DNA of 64,000 bases from Calditrichales bacterium (GTDB taxonomy: Bacteria > Calditrichota > Calditrichia > Calditrichales > J004), in the NCBI GenBank assembly GCA_965267575.1, contig OZ254086.1:2272001-2336000 (forward strand). The letters run 5' to 3'. How positions within the stretch are numbered: the stretch's first letter is position 1; every line of letters begins with the position of its first letter. The notes under the pieces are model-generated. The model did no database searches. It was not told the DNA's origin and was given only the letters and a program-made list of their open reading frames with translations. Below, piece after piece: positions 34,432 through 44,100 of this stretch. A program made the translations under genes and the position numbers.

Positions 34432-36825
34432 ATGAAACGGACAGGCTTTGCTCTTCTTGCTTTGCTGATCACCCTAAGCTGCAAAAATATTGAACCCGGC
34501 GTATACGATACGTTCGACGTGTTGCGCCTGAAATCGGGGCAATTGAATTCTGTCTACGTGCCTGATCTATTTTACGCGCCCGACTATGTGCTGGATTTTG
34601 AAGCACACGAGCATATCGATCTGATCTATGACGGCAAGGAGCAGCTTCTGGCCAAACCCGATAGCGGTTTTTCCGGGCTCACGTCCATTCGCTTTGAATA
34701 TGCCGGCAACTCTTACGATATCCCTGTTCGCGTAATGCAATCTATGAGCCACACCTTTACCTACAAGGCCGGCAAAGGCTTTCAAAATGCCCGCGTAATT
34801 GGTCAATTTAACAGCTGGAACCGCAATTCTGAGCCTATGATCGATCCTGATGGTGATGGTGTTTATGAGATCACGTATGCCCTTGATCCCGGCCGCTACG
34901 AGTACAAGTTTTATATTAATGACGGCGAAGAGGTGCTGGATCCGTCCAATTCTGTGCGGGTGCCCAATCCTTTTGGGGCTTACAATAATATTCTCGTTGT
35001 TCCCGATCCCGATGCCGGTGCAACCGTCTGGCACATGAACGGCCACATCAATTTGCGCGATACTTTAAAGCTGAACTTTATTTCCGAAAACCCGCGACAG
35101 GAGCTTACTGATCCACCACAGGTTCTGGTTTTCCTGGATAATAACCGCCTTGAAAAAGAAACGGTCAGACACGACAAAAACGCTTTTCAAGCGGCCATTC
35201 CCATAAACAGGCTGCAAGGGCAGCAACGCGTTTTAGTAGGCGTTTTCAAAAACGGAACAGCGCGTCCCTACTACCGGATAGATCTTGTGGATGGTCAGCC
35301 CGCCGGCGGCAGCAAGAAAGCCTTCAGCTGGCGCGACGCAATCATTTATTCCCTTTTTATCGATCGTTTTTATGACGGCGATCCGTCAAATACCAAAAAA
35401 GTAGATAACCCCGATCTGCATCCCAAAGCGAATTATCATGGCGGCGACCTGGCCGGCGTACTGGCAAAGCTGGAAGAAGGTTACTTCAGCGATCTGGGCG
35501 TGAATGTTCTGTGGATATCGCCGGTCAATCAGAATCCCCGGGAAGCCTATCGTGAATTTCCCGAGCCGAATCGCCTCTTTACCGGCTACCATGGCTATTG
35601 GCCCATCGAGCCGGACAAGGTAGATGAGCGCTTTGGCGATTTGGGATTGTTGCAAAAAGTTGTAGAAACCGCGCATGGTCAAAATATTAGAGTCATTCTT
35701 GATTTTGTAAGTAACCATGTACACGAAAAGCACCCCTGGTTCAAAGAGCATCCCGATTGGTTTGGTGAGCTCAATTTGCCGGATGGTCGCAAAAATATCC
35801 GCTTTTGGGATGAATACCGACTGACCACATGGTTCGATACGTTCCTGCCCAGTTTTGATTTTCCCGGCTCGCCGCGGGCGCTGGAGGCCGTAACCGACAA
35901 CGCCATCTGGTGGATGGAGAAAACGGGTGTCGACGGCTTTCGTCAGGACGCTGTGAAGCATGTACCCAATAAGTTCTGGCGCACGCTTACCCGCAAGATC
36001 AAGGAAGAAATTGAGATCCCTGAAAGCAAAAGCACCTATCAAATCGGTGAAACGTTCGGCGGCTATGAGCTGATCAGCAGCTATGTGAAAAACGGCCAGC
36101 TTGACGCGCAGTTTAACTTCAACCTCTTTGAAACCGCCAATTATACTTTTCTGCATCCCGACGGCCATTTCAAAGATATCAACAAGGAGATGTTCAGCAC
36201 TTTTAATATTTACGGGCGCAATCACCTGATGGGCAATCTGATGGACAGCCACGACAAGGTGCGTTTTGCCGCCTACGCAGACGGTGACCTGGCGCTGGAC
36301 AGCGAGAACGCCGTAGAAGTGGGCTTTACCGATCCGCCGCAAATAGACAATCCCGATACCTACAAACTGGCGCGGGTTTACCTGGCGTACATGCTTACTA
36401 TCCCTGGTATGCCGGTTATATATTACGGCGATGAGATTCTGATGACCGGCGCCGCAGACCCCGACAACCGCCGCCCGATGCGCTTTGGGGAACAGCTCAC
36501 CGAAGCTGAAAGGAAAATGAAGGAAGAGGTAAGCCGTATGATCCGCCTGCGCCGCGATAATTCCGCACTGCGCTACGGCGATTTTAAGGCCGTATTTGTG
36601 GACAAAGATATTTACGCATACCTGCGCGAGGACATGCGACAGCGCGTATTGGTTTTATTGAACAAAGGCAAAACGGACCGAACGTTGCAACTTAAATTCC
36701 CGCCCGCCCTGCATGTGACCAGCGTTTTGCCGCTGTATAACAATAAGCGCTTTGTCCTGTTCGAAGATGCGCTGGATGTAGATGCACCGGCTCTCAGCGC
36801 GCAGGTGTTTTTGTTGAAGAATTGA
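34432..36825 (+). CDS. GH13 alpha-amylase family lipoprotein with a CBM48-like domain
   Basis: Lipobox TLSC; G.FNSWN...YEYKF (CBM48); IDRFYDGD, GGDLAG, YHGYW, DFVSNH, GFRQDAVKH, GE, SHD, PVIYYGDE. Confidence 0.93.
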   Translation: MKRTGFALLALLITLSCKNIEPGVYDTFDVLRLKSGQLNSVYVPDLFYAPDYVLDFEAHEHIDLIYDGKEQLLAKPDSGFSGLTSIRFEYAGNSYDIPVRVMQSMSHTFTYKAGKGFQNARVIGQFNSWNRNSEPMIDPDGDGVYEITYALDPGRYEYKFYINDGEEVLDPSNSVRVPNPFGAYNNILVVPDPDAGATVWHMNGHINLRDTLKLNFISENPRQELTDPPQVLVFLDNNRLEKETVRHDKNAFQAAIPINRLQGQQRVLVGVFKNGTARPYYRIDLVDGQPAGGSKKAFSWRDAIIYSLFIDRFYDGDPSNTKKVDNPDLHPKANYHGGDLAGVLAKLEEGYFSDLGVNVLWISPVNQNPREAYREFPEPNRLFTGYHGYWPIEPDKVDERFGDLGLLQKVVETAHGQNIRVILDFVSNHVHEKHPWFKEHPDWFGELNLPDGRKNIRFWDEYRLTTWFDTFLPSFDFPGSPRALEAVTDNAIWWMEKTGVDGFRQDAVKHVPNKFWRTLTRKIKEEIEIPESKSTYQIGETFGGYELISSYVKNGQLDAQFNFNLFETANYTFLHPDGHFKDINKEMFSTFNIYGRNHLMGNLMDSHDKVRFAAYADGDLALDSENAVEVGFTDPPQIDNPDTYKLARVYLAYMLTIPGMPVIYYGDEILMTGAADPDNRRPMRFGEQLTEAERKMKEEVSRMIRLRRDNSALRYGDFKAVFVDKDIYAYLREDMRQRVLVLLNKGKTDRTLQLKFPPALHVTSVLPLYNNKRFVLFEDALDVDAPALSAQVFLLKN

Positions 36826-37040
36826 TTGAGTTTAAATACGGTTTATTTTGTAGCCGCAAAGGCTTTGCTTTCTATGCAAAAACTCCCATTTTTGAGTTAA
36901 AAAAGGGATAAAAAATGAATAATCTGGAAATTCTTAAAAAAAAGGCAACAGGTTTAAAGCCAAGTGAACCGTGTTGATCTGGTCACAGGAACCATCGTTC
37001 ACTTTCATCGAAGACCCGGGTATTACAAAGACAGAATCTA

Positions 37041-38006
37041 CTAACCGAGCAGTTTATCAAATAGCTCTTCTTCTATTGTTATTTCTTTGAAAATCCTGCT
37101 GACTTCTTTTGCGCCAATGCGCTGGAAATCATCGCGGCGCGGGGCAATCAGCAGCCCGCCCATATCCACGGCGCCCGGACTGATCAGATAAGTGCCCTCA
37201 TGGTAGAACGAAGGCCGGTGTTCTCGTCTGGGATAAAACAACACCGTCCACCTCTGTCCGTTGTGTGTCACCAGCAGGTTAAGCCGCGGTTCATCCGTTC
37301 CCTCCATCAGCTCCGCAAAACGCACGACCATTTTTTGTACTTCAGCGGCCAGCGCCGCGCCGTCCGTGGATGTGAACAAGATGTTGGCCGCGAAATAATC
37401 CTTTAATCTGCTTACCGTGACGCCATAGCGTTGATCAATCGTTTTCAGATTGCTTTCTTGCTTTAGATGCTGGAAAACAGGCAGCCTGTAACGCAGCCCG
37501 GCCTGAAAATGCAGATGCTCCGGCGTTGAAGCACCCGCGCGCGGACCGTTGTACAACACCACGAAATCCTCACCCAACGCTTTGGCCAATGACAGCATGG
37601 CCGGTTCGCGCTCGCTGATGGCCTGCGGCACGTGCCTTTGGTGTACCACAGTCAAATGCTTTTCCAGGATGGGATAAGGGTTGCATAGCACATAGAAATC
37701 ATCAAACACAAGACCGCGCTGTTCCGGGGGCAGATTTTCGCGGCATAAAATACAGTCACGCTTTGCCACTGATTCCGGGTCAACTTTTGCCGTTGTGCTT
37801 TTCATGCGTTTTGGATTGCATTGCAGCAGAAGGTCATAATCACCGAGTTCGAGACGCTTGATTTCAGAAAGCGCCAGCCCGCCGAGGTTTTCGCGCAGCA
37901 TCGGCCAGCTCTGTTCCTGTTGACGCATCAACGCATCTACCTGCACGGCAAGCGGCGTTTCCGCAAACGTGTTCAAATCGTTGTTTTTTAAAATGAAATC
38001 AGCCAT
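37041..38006 (-). CDS. DUF4922 protein (HIT-like GDP-glucose/Ap4A phosphorylase fold)
   Basis: Q.NP.R..ST.AK, C.LC.ENLP, L.NPYPI...HLT, YNGP.AGAS.P.HLHFQ, ISPGAVDMGG. Confidence 0.85.
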   Translation of the reverse strand: MADFILKNNDLNTFAETPLAVQVDALMRQQEQSWPMLRENLGGLALSEIKRLELGDYDLLLQCNPKRMKSTTAKVDPESVAKRDCILCRENLPPEQRGLVFDDFYVLCNPYPILEKHLTVVHQRHVPQAISEREPAMLSLAKALGEDFVVLYNGPRAGASTPEHLHFQAGLRYRLPVFQHLKQESNLKTIDQRYGVTVSRLKDYFAANILFTSTDGAALAAEVQKMVVRFAELMEGTDEPRLNLLVTHNGQRWTVLFYPRREHRPSFYHEGTYLISPGAVDMGGLLIAPRRDDFQRIGAKEVSRIFKEITIEEELFDKLLG

Positions 38007-38095
38007 AAAATCCGGTCTTTTGGTTTTTTAAAGTTAAAAATGTATGGCAAAAAATAAGCGGCAATGCAGTAGTTTACAAAACACCTTAAGAAGAG

Positions 38096-38165
38096 TTGAC
38101 AGGATTAACGTGATTTACAGGATAGCAAAAAGCAATTTTATTCGCGTTAATTTTGTCATCCTGTC
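38096..38165. repeat. GACAGGATT-type inverted repeat element
   Basis: ttgacaggattaacgtgatttacaggat ... gtcatcctgtc. Confidence 0.6.
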
Positions 38166-38186
38166 TTTTATTTAAAAATAGATTTA

Positions 38187-39344
38187 TTAAAGGGTTTCGA
38201 ATGTTTTTTTGAGCCTTTCCGGCCGGTCGCTGATGATGCCGTGCAGGCCTTTGCGGATCAGGCAGCGCATTTCGCGCTTGCGGTTAATTGTCCAGCCCAG
38301 GATCGTTTTAACGGATTGCGACTTTTCCAGGGTTTTCATGTCAAAATCCACCAGCCGGCGATAGGTGGTCCATGGACCGAGTGACAACACGGTGGGCCTG
38401 CCGCTGCTGGCCACGCTGTTGCCAAGCTTATCGGCCCGTTCCACAGCCGAAAATTCCTCCGGATCCAGAACGATCAGCGGCGGCAGTTCCGTATCCCAGG
38501 AAAAAGCGGCCGGCAGATTGTGGCGCTTAAGCTCTTTGATGATCTTTTTGTGCGGGCTGAGGCAGAGAATCTCAAAATCAGGCTTTTCAATCTCCATCAA
38601 CGAAGAAATCCCGGCTGCCATTTTAGTCACATATTTGACGTCCTCTTCAGCAATTTTAACGTCCAGCAGAACCAGGCGTAATTGCGGCCACACTTTTGCC
38701 CAGCCTAAAAATTGCTCCAGCGTGGGGATGGCCACATCGAGACGGCGCGGCGGGCGCTTTTTGCTGCTGTAGCCATAGTGTCGCTGCAGCTCGGTAAGGG
38801 TCAGGTTTTTTACGGGGCGACGCATCGGGCCGCGCATGGGCACGAAGGGTCTGTATTTTACACCAGGCTCCAAACCGGCCTGCCGCACGCGTGCCACAAG
38901 ATCATCCGGATCCCAGTCGTGCCACAGCACCACCTGTTCATCCTTGGTGATGCAGATGTCGATTTCCAGGGCATTGGCGCCAATGCGCATGCCTTCGGCG
39001 CAGCCTTCCAGCGTATTTTCCACGGCATGGGCGGCGGTACCCCTATGGCCGATCACATAAAAGTTTTTTACTTTACCGCGCTTTTTGCCGGGACAGAATC
39101 GGAATTGCTGCCATATCCATACAGGCAATAGACGCAGGCTGCCCACAACCACGCAAACAATCAGCCTTATAAATAAATAGAGGCGGGCCAGCCCGTAAGA
39201 GAGCGCGCGCAGCGCCAGCAGAAAATAGCGCTTGGCGGCCGAGTCTGCAGCGAAACGCCGGATTGCTTTATGACGCAGGCGCTGGTTGTCCTTAAGATTG
39301 CGGCGTGAAACAGCATATTTTTGGCGGCATTTGGTTAAGGCCAT
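38187..39344 (-). CDS. Glycerophosphodiester phosphodiesterase with N-terminal basic/TM extension
   Basis: IGHRG...ENT, LEIDI..TKD..VV.WHD, PTLEQ, WTIN, GIISD.P. Confidence 0.88.
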   Translation of the reverse strand: MALTKCRQKYAVSRRNLKDNQRLRHKAIRRFAADSAAKRYFLLALRALSYGLARLYLFIRLIVCVVVGSLRLLPVWIWQQFRFCPGKKRGKVKNFYVIGHRGTAAHAVENTLEGCAEGMRIGANALEIDICITKDEQVVLWHDWDPDDLVARVRQAGLEPGVKYRPFVPMRGPMRRPVKNLTLTELQRHYGYSSKKRPPRRLDVAIPTLEQFLGWAKVWPQLRLVLLDVKIAEEDVKYVTKMAAGISSLMEIEKPDFEILCLSPHKKIIKELKRHNLPAAFSWDTELPPLIVLDPEEFSAVERADKLGNSVASSGRPTVLSLGPWTTYRRLVDFDMKTLEKSQSVKTILGWTINRKREMRCLIRKGLHGIISDRPERLKKTFETL

Positions 39345-39417
39345 GGGTTCCTTCCGGTTCAGATCAGGTGTAAATATAATAAAGCAAAAGCCCGGGCGCA
39401 TCATATTCGGGCAACTC

Positions 39418-39445
39418 TTGACAGTTATGCAAGACTTTGTATCTT
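39418..39445 (+). promoter_or_regulatory. Sigma70-type promoter of amn
   Basis: TTGACA-16 nt-TATCTT. Confidence 0.5.
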
Positions 39446-39481
39446 TACCGAATTCACTTTTTTAGAATGCGGAGATTTTTT

Positions 39482-40255
39482 ATGAAAACCAAACTTGAAA
39501 TCGCGAAAAACTGGTTGCCGCGTTATACCGGCGCCAGCATTGACGAAATCGGCAATTATATTCTCTTAACCAACTTTCAGTACTATGTGGAGTCATTCGC
39601 CAAACGCTTCAAGTGCGATATCAAAGGCGAGAACAGGCCCATGCGCATTGCCACCAACTCGCACGGTCTTTCGATAATCAATTATGGTATGGGCTCGCCA
39701 AATGTTGCCACCATAATGGACCTGCTTGTGGCGCGGCAACCGGACGGCGTTCTTTTTCTTGGCAAGTGCGGCGGGCTGAAAGATTCAGCGGAGATCGGTC
39801 ACTTTATCCTGCCCATTGCCGCCATCCGCGGCGAAGGTACCAGCAACGACTACATGCCCGAAGAAGTGCCGGCATTGCCTTCCTTTAAACTGCATAAGTT
39901 TGTCTCCGACAAAATCATCAACCACGGCATGGAGTACCGCACCGGCGTTGTTTATACCACGAACCGCCGCGTGTGGGAGTGGGACGAAAAATTTAAGGCC
40001 TACCTCAAAACACTCTCCGCCATCGCCATCGATATGGAGACGGCCACTTTCTTTATTGTTGGTCACGTGAATGAAATTTCGCGTGGTGCACTGCTGCTTG
40101 TTTCCGATATGCCGCTTACCCCGGAAGGTATCAAAACTGAAGAATCCGATCGTAAAGTGACCACGAATTTTACCAACCTGCACCTGGATATCGGCATCGA
40201 AGCAATGACCGAGATTGAAGAGAAGGGTGAGCAGATTAAGCATTTTAGATATTGA
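39482..40255 (+). CDS. amn: AMP nucleosidase (short PNP/UDP-family type)
   Basis: NWLPRYTG, YILLTNF, GMGSPN.ATIMDLL, LFLGKCGGL, AIRGEGTS.DY, TTNRRVWE, IDMETAT, LLVSD.P. Confidence 0.92.
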   Translation: MKTKLEIAKNWLPRYTGASIDEIGNYILLTNFQYYVESFAKRFKCDIKGENRPMRIATNSHGLSIINYGMGSPNVATIMDLLVARQPDGVLFLGKCGGLKDSAEIGHFILPIAAIRGEGTSNDYMPEEVPALPSFKLHKFVSDKIINHGMEYRTGVVYTTNRRVWEWDEKFKAYLKTLSAIAIDMETATFFIVGHVNEISRGALLLVSDMPLTPEGIKTEESDRKVTTNFTNLHLDIGIEAMTEIEEKGEQIKHFRY

Positions 40256-40294
40256 TTTGGCCATATTGTTCCATCGCTCAGGTAATACGGTCAG

Positions 40295-40554
40295 TCTTGA
40301 TCATGACCACGATCCTGCTCATGATCTTTCTTTTCTCCCGTCTGAAGATCCCGGTGAGGAAAAGACACCAACCCCTATAAAAAACATCGGGACAGGCCGG
40401 GGTGACACTAAAAGCCTTTTCACACTGGCCGGGGAGAAGCCGGCTGACTTATCATTCCCGCGGATGCGGGAATCCAGTAGAGTGAGCCTTTGGGATGGAT
40501 GGTCGCTATTCACGGCAAAGGTCGAGGTGGATTCCCACTTTCGTGGGAATGGCA
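40295..40554 (-). repeat. Composite repeat: 6-mer tandem (40295-40326) plus 190-bp element (40365-40554)
   Basis: Minus strand gatcgtggtcatgatcaaga matches 1071-1090; element matches 26841-27030. Confidence 0.85.
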
Positions 40555-40687
40555 GTTAGGGGGCTCGGTGTGGCTTAGCCGCCAACCCCGATATTTGATA
40601 AAAATATGACAAGTGTAACATTTTGAACACGTTTTTTATATCTCGCCGAGGCGCTGTTATATTGGGCTAAATAAGAAAGGAGGGTTT

Positions 40688-41155
40688 ATGTCTACCTTTC
40701 AGAAATTTCAAGCCTGGGGCGCCCAAAATCTCGATATCGCTTATGAGGTCATTCGTCTCTATTTGGGTATTGGTCTTTTTGTTAAGGGGATTCATTTTGT
40801 CTTAAATGACGGCTATCTGGTCGACCTGCTGATAACGGCCGGTCACCTGGAGTTTGCTGGGACGGTGGTGGCGCACCTTGTTGGCTTTGGCCATTTATGC
40901 GGTGGGGCTTTTCTTGCTGCCGGTCTTATAACACGGACAGCCGCGCTTATCCAGCTGCCGATCCTTGCCGGTGCTTTGGTCTTTGTAAGCGTGCCACAGG
41001 GGCTGTTTACGGTGGGCCAGTCTTTTGAGTTTACGGCACTGGTGTTTTTTCTGTTGCTTCTCTTTGCCATTTTTGGCGGCGGGCGCTGGAGCATGGACCG
41101 CAATATCATGCAAAAAAGATTTACTTCGCGCGCGGAGTCCGTCTCAGAGCGCTGA
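40688..41155 (+). CDS. DoxX family membrane protein
   Basis: RLYLG..LF.KG, GG..L..GL.TR.AAL, G.G.WS.D; AGGAGG RBS. Confidence 0.9.
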   Translation: MSTFQKFQAWGAQNLDIAYEVIRLYLGIGLFVKGIHFVLNDGYLVDLLITAGHLEFAGTVVAHLVGFGHLCGGAFLAAGLITRTAALIQLPILAGALVFVSVPQGLFTVGQSFEFTALVFFLLLLFAIFGGGRWSMDRNIMQKRFTSRAESVSER

Positions 41156-44100
41156 AGGCCATAATTCAACTATATCGCCATTCTTTTCAAAGCCATGTTC
41201 CAGGAAAACTTTGCTGCGTGGACTCTCAGTAATGGCTTTATCATCGATTGTCTCGATGCGGATGCGGCGCATTGTGCCTTTGTTTCGTGCCAGTAATTGC
41301 TTCAATGCCAAAACCAGGTCGCGCGTCATGCTGTGCTCCCAACTCTTATCCAGCGTGATGCGCCGGCCGCGGTTTTCCACATAAGCCCTGACGCCACCCT
41401 TAAAAAAGATATAATTGCCGGACACCCGGCTTACGCGTATTTCACGGCCGCTGTCGTCCCGCAAGGGCCAGCGCGTTAATGTGCCGTAAGGCAGAGCCGG
41501 ATCGAAAACGCTGAGAAGTACGCCGGTTTCCCTGGACGCCTGTTCCGTGTCGTTCTGTAATCGCCGGAGGTGCTCCAAAACTTCCGGCAGCGCAAACTGG
41601 ATTCCGGACAACCCCTCAATAAAATAGCCCCGGCGAATCAGCCCCTGCCACTCCATGGTTTTCATTGTGTTGAACAGCTCAATCCAGGGCAACAATCCCT
41701 TTTCACGACGGTAACATTCCTTTACTACGACGCCATAACGGTTAAGCAGCAGGCGCGCCTGAAATAGGGCTATCTCCTGACGGTTGCGCTTTTTGCCCTG
41801 CACCGCGAAAGAGTGTTGTAAAAACCACTGACCGCCGTGCAACTGCCATGAACCCTGCATCCGCCTGTTGATGCGGCTTTGCAGACCGCGCGTTCGGGTG
41901 CTGCGCATATTCGGCGTAAACTGTGCGTCTGCCGCTTTTGGCTGTCCGCCCATATTTTCATTTAACAGCACATCAATGCTGCGGCGCCGCGTGTTACCGA
42001 TGATGCCCTTTTGCAGCAGACCGGAAAGCGCCCGGTTAATGGCGCCAAAAGAAAGCTCGCAGCCCGCGGCCAGGTCTTCAAATGTGCTGGCCCCGTTTTC
42101 CTTTAAAAATTGCCTGATCGTATTTTCATCCGTTGATAATTTCTCTGTTTCCACGGCTTCCGGTTGCCAGTAGTAGCCACTTCCTCGTGCTATCACGCGT
42201 GCTTCGGCTTGCCTGCCCTCGCGGGAAAGCTGCAGGATGTACGCGCCCGATTCCAGCGATTCGTCCATGCCCGTTTCAGCCAGCCGCGGGCCGATGATAT
42301 CATTCAGCAGCAGGGGATAGGGGGCGCTGAATCCGGCCATGCGACCGGCCGCGGTTTCAGGATCGCTGCTGTTTTGCCATTGCCACAAAAAGCGGCTCCA
42401 CTGTCCCCCGGGCAGCGGGCTGTCGAATCGGCGCCGCGCGGCTATGGCCGCCCGGTACATGCGCGCAAAGGTGACGCGGTCGCACATCCAATCCTGTTGT
42501 GAATCTTCGATCAGCTTTCCGTGAACGATTTCGTTTTTTTGGCGCAGTTCATTCAGGGCCTTGTTCAGCGTTTCCGGTTCGAGGCCGCTTTTTTCTAGCA
42601 CCGTTTCTATGGTTACGGCGGCGTGCCCCCGCAATAGCTGACGAAGCAATGCAGCGGGTTGAGCGGAGTCAAAAAGCGTCTTTTGCTCTGCCGCGATCCA
42701 GCCTTTCCCGAGGACCGTATCAGCTAAAACAATGCGTTTTTCAGCGGAAAGCTCTTTTATGAAGCTTGTAATGTCACCGTCACAACGCAGGACCAGTTCT
42801 TTTTCCGAAACGGGAGCCAGCGTTTCGATGACGCGCAGCAGCGATTCGGCATCCCGGGCGCGGCGCCCGGTGGTGAGAAACTGCTGCTGTTGTTCAAAGC
42901 GCGCGTTAAGGTCGGCATCAATCAGCCTGGCGATGTTTTCACTTTGCAGAATGTCCGCCAGCAGCCCGGTGAAGTTGATTCCCTGCGCCGGCTGACGCGA
43001 GCGGTCTGTTTCGTACATGTTGTCCGATATCATGCGGAAGAGCAGTGCGGCGGCCATGGGCGAAGGCTTTTTGTTGCGCCTGTGAACAATCCCGATCTCG
43101 CCGCTGCGGATGCGTTCGCTGAGCGTCTGCAGGCCGGGCCAGTCAAAAAGATCGTAAAGACATTCCCGGTAGGTCTCCACGATGATCGGGAAATCGTCGT
43201 TGGAGCGAACGGCCTGCAACACATCGGCGGAACGCAGGCGTTGCAGCCACAGGGGCACGCGTTTTCCCGGCTGCGATCGTGGCAGCATCAGGGCCCGCGC
43301 GGCGTTGTAGCGAAAACGGATGGCAAACATGGGGCTGTCGATCAGTGCGGCAACGAGGTGTTGCTCCATTTCTTCGGTTGACAGGTTGAAAAGGTCCGCT
43401 GCTTCGGACTCATTCTCATGCAACAAACGGATCATCATGGCTTCGTCGTTGTAGGTATATTGCACCTGTAGGCCGTGTTGACGCTCCAGGACGGCACCAA
43501 GGGCAATCGCCCAAAGACCGTTAATGCGCGCGCCAAATGGAGACTGCAGCAACAGCAGCGGCTCACCCGCGCTGTCCCGGAAATGCTCCACAATGAGCTG
43601 CTTTTCCCCGGCGAGGCCGGCGCCGCTTTCATTCTGCTCTTTAAAAGATTCCACAAGGCTGCGGGCGATCGCTTCATCGCAGGGGTAGTTTTGCTGCAGC
43701 CACTGCTCCCCGTTACCCGCCGCCACATGCTGCTGCAGATTGTCGTGGAAGGTGGCGATCAGGCGGCCGGTGTCATAATCGCGGTAGAGCAAATCCCCTT
43801 TCCAGAAAGGCGGCCGCGGTTTCACGTCGTTGTGCAGCGAAACGATCAAACGGTCCTGACGAATGTCTTCGATGCGATATTCGCTGTTGCCCAGGTAGAA
43901 GACATCGCCCGGTTTACTTTCAAAAACGAATTCCTCTTCCATCTCGCCGATTTTGGTCCGGCCCTCCGCGAGATAGACACCGTAATAGGCGCGGTCCGGG
44001 ATGGTGCCGCTGTTCATCACCGCGCTGAGGCGGCTGCCGGGCAGGGCTTTCAGGCTTCCATCGGCAATGTTAAAATTCAGACGCGGCTGCAATGCGCTCA

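Noticed and set aside
36915-37064. Short + strand ORF MNNLEILKKKATGLKPSEPC-TGA with open frame after the TGA (possible Cys-Sec) and an aagtgaac/gttcactt hairpin
   Set aside because: No recognisable SECIS position or homology; more likely the terminator region between convergent genes
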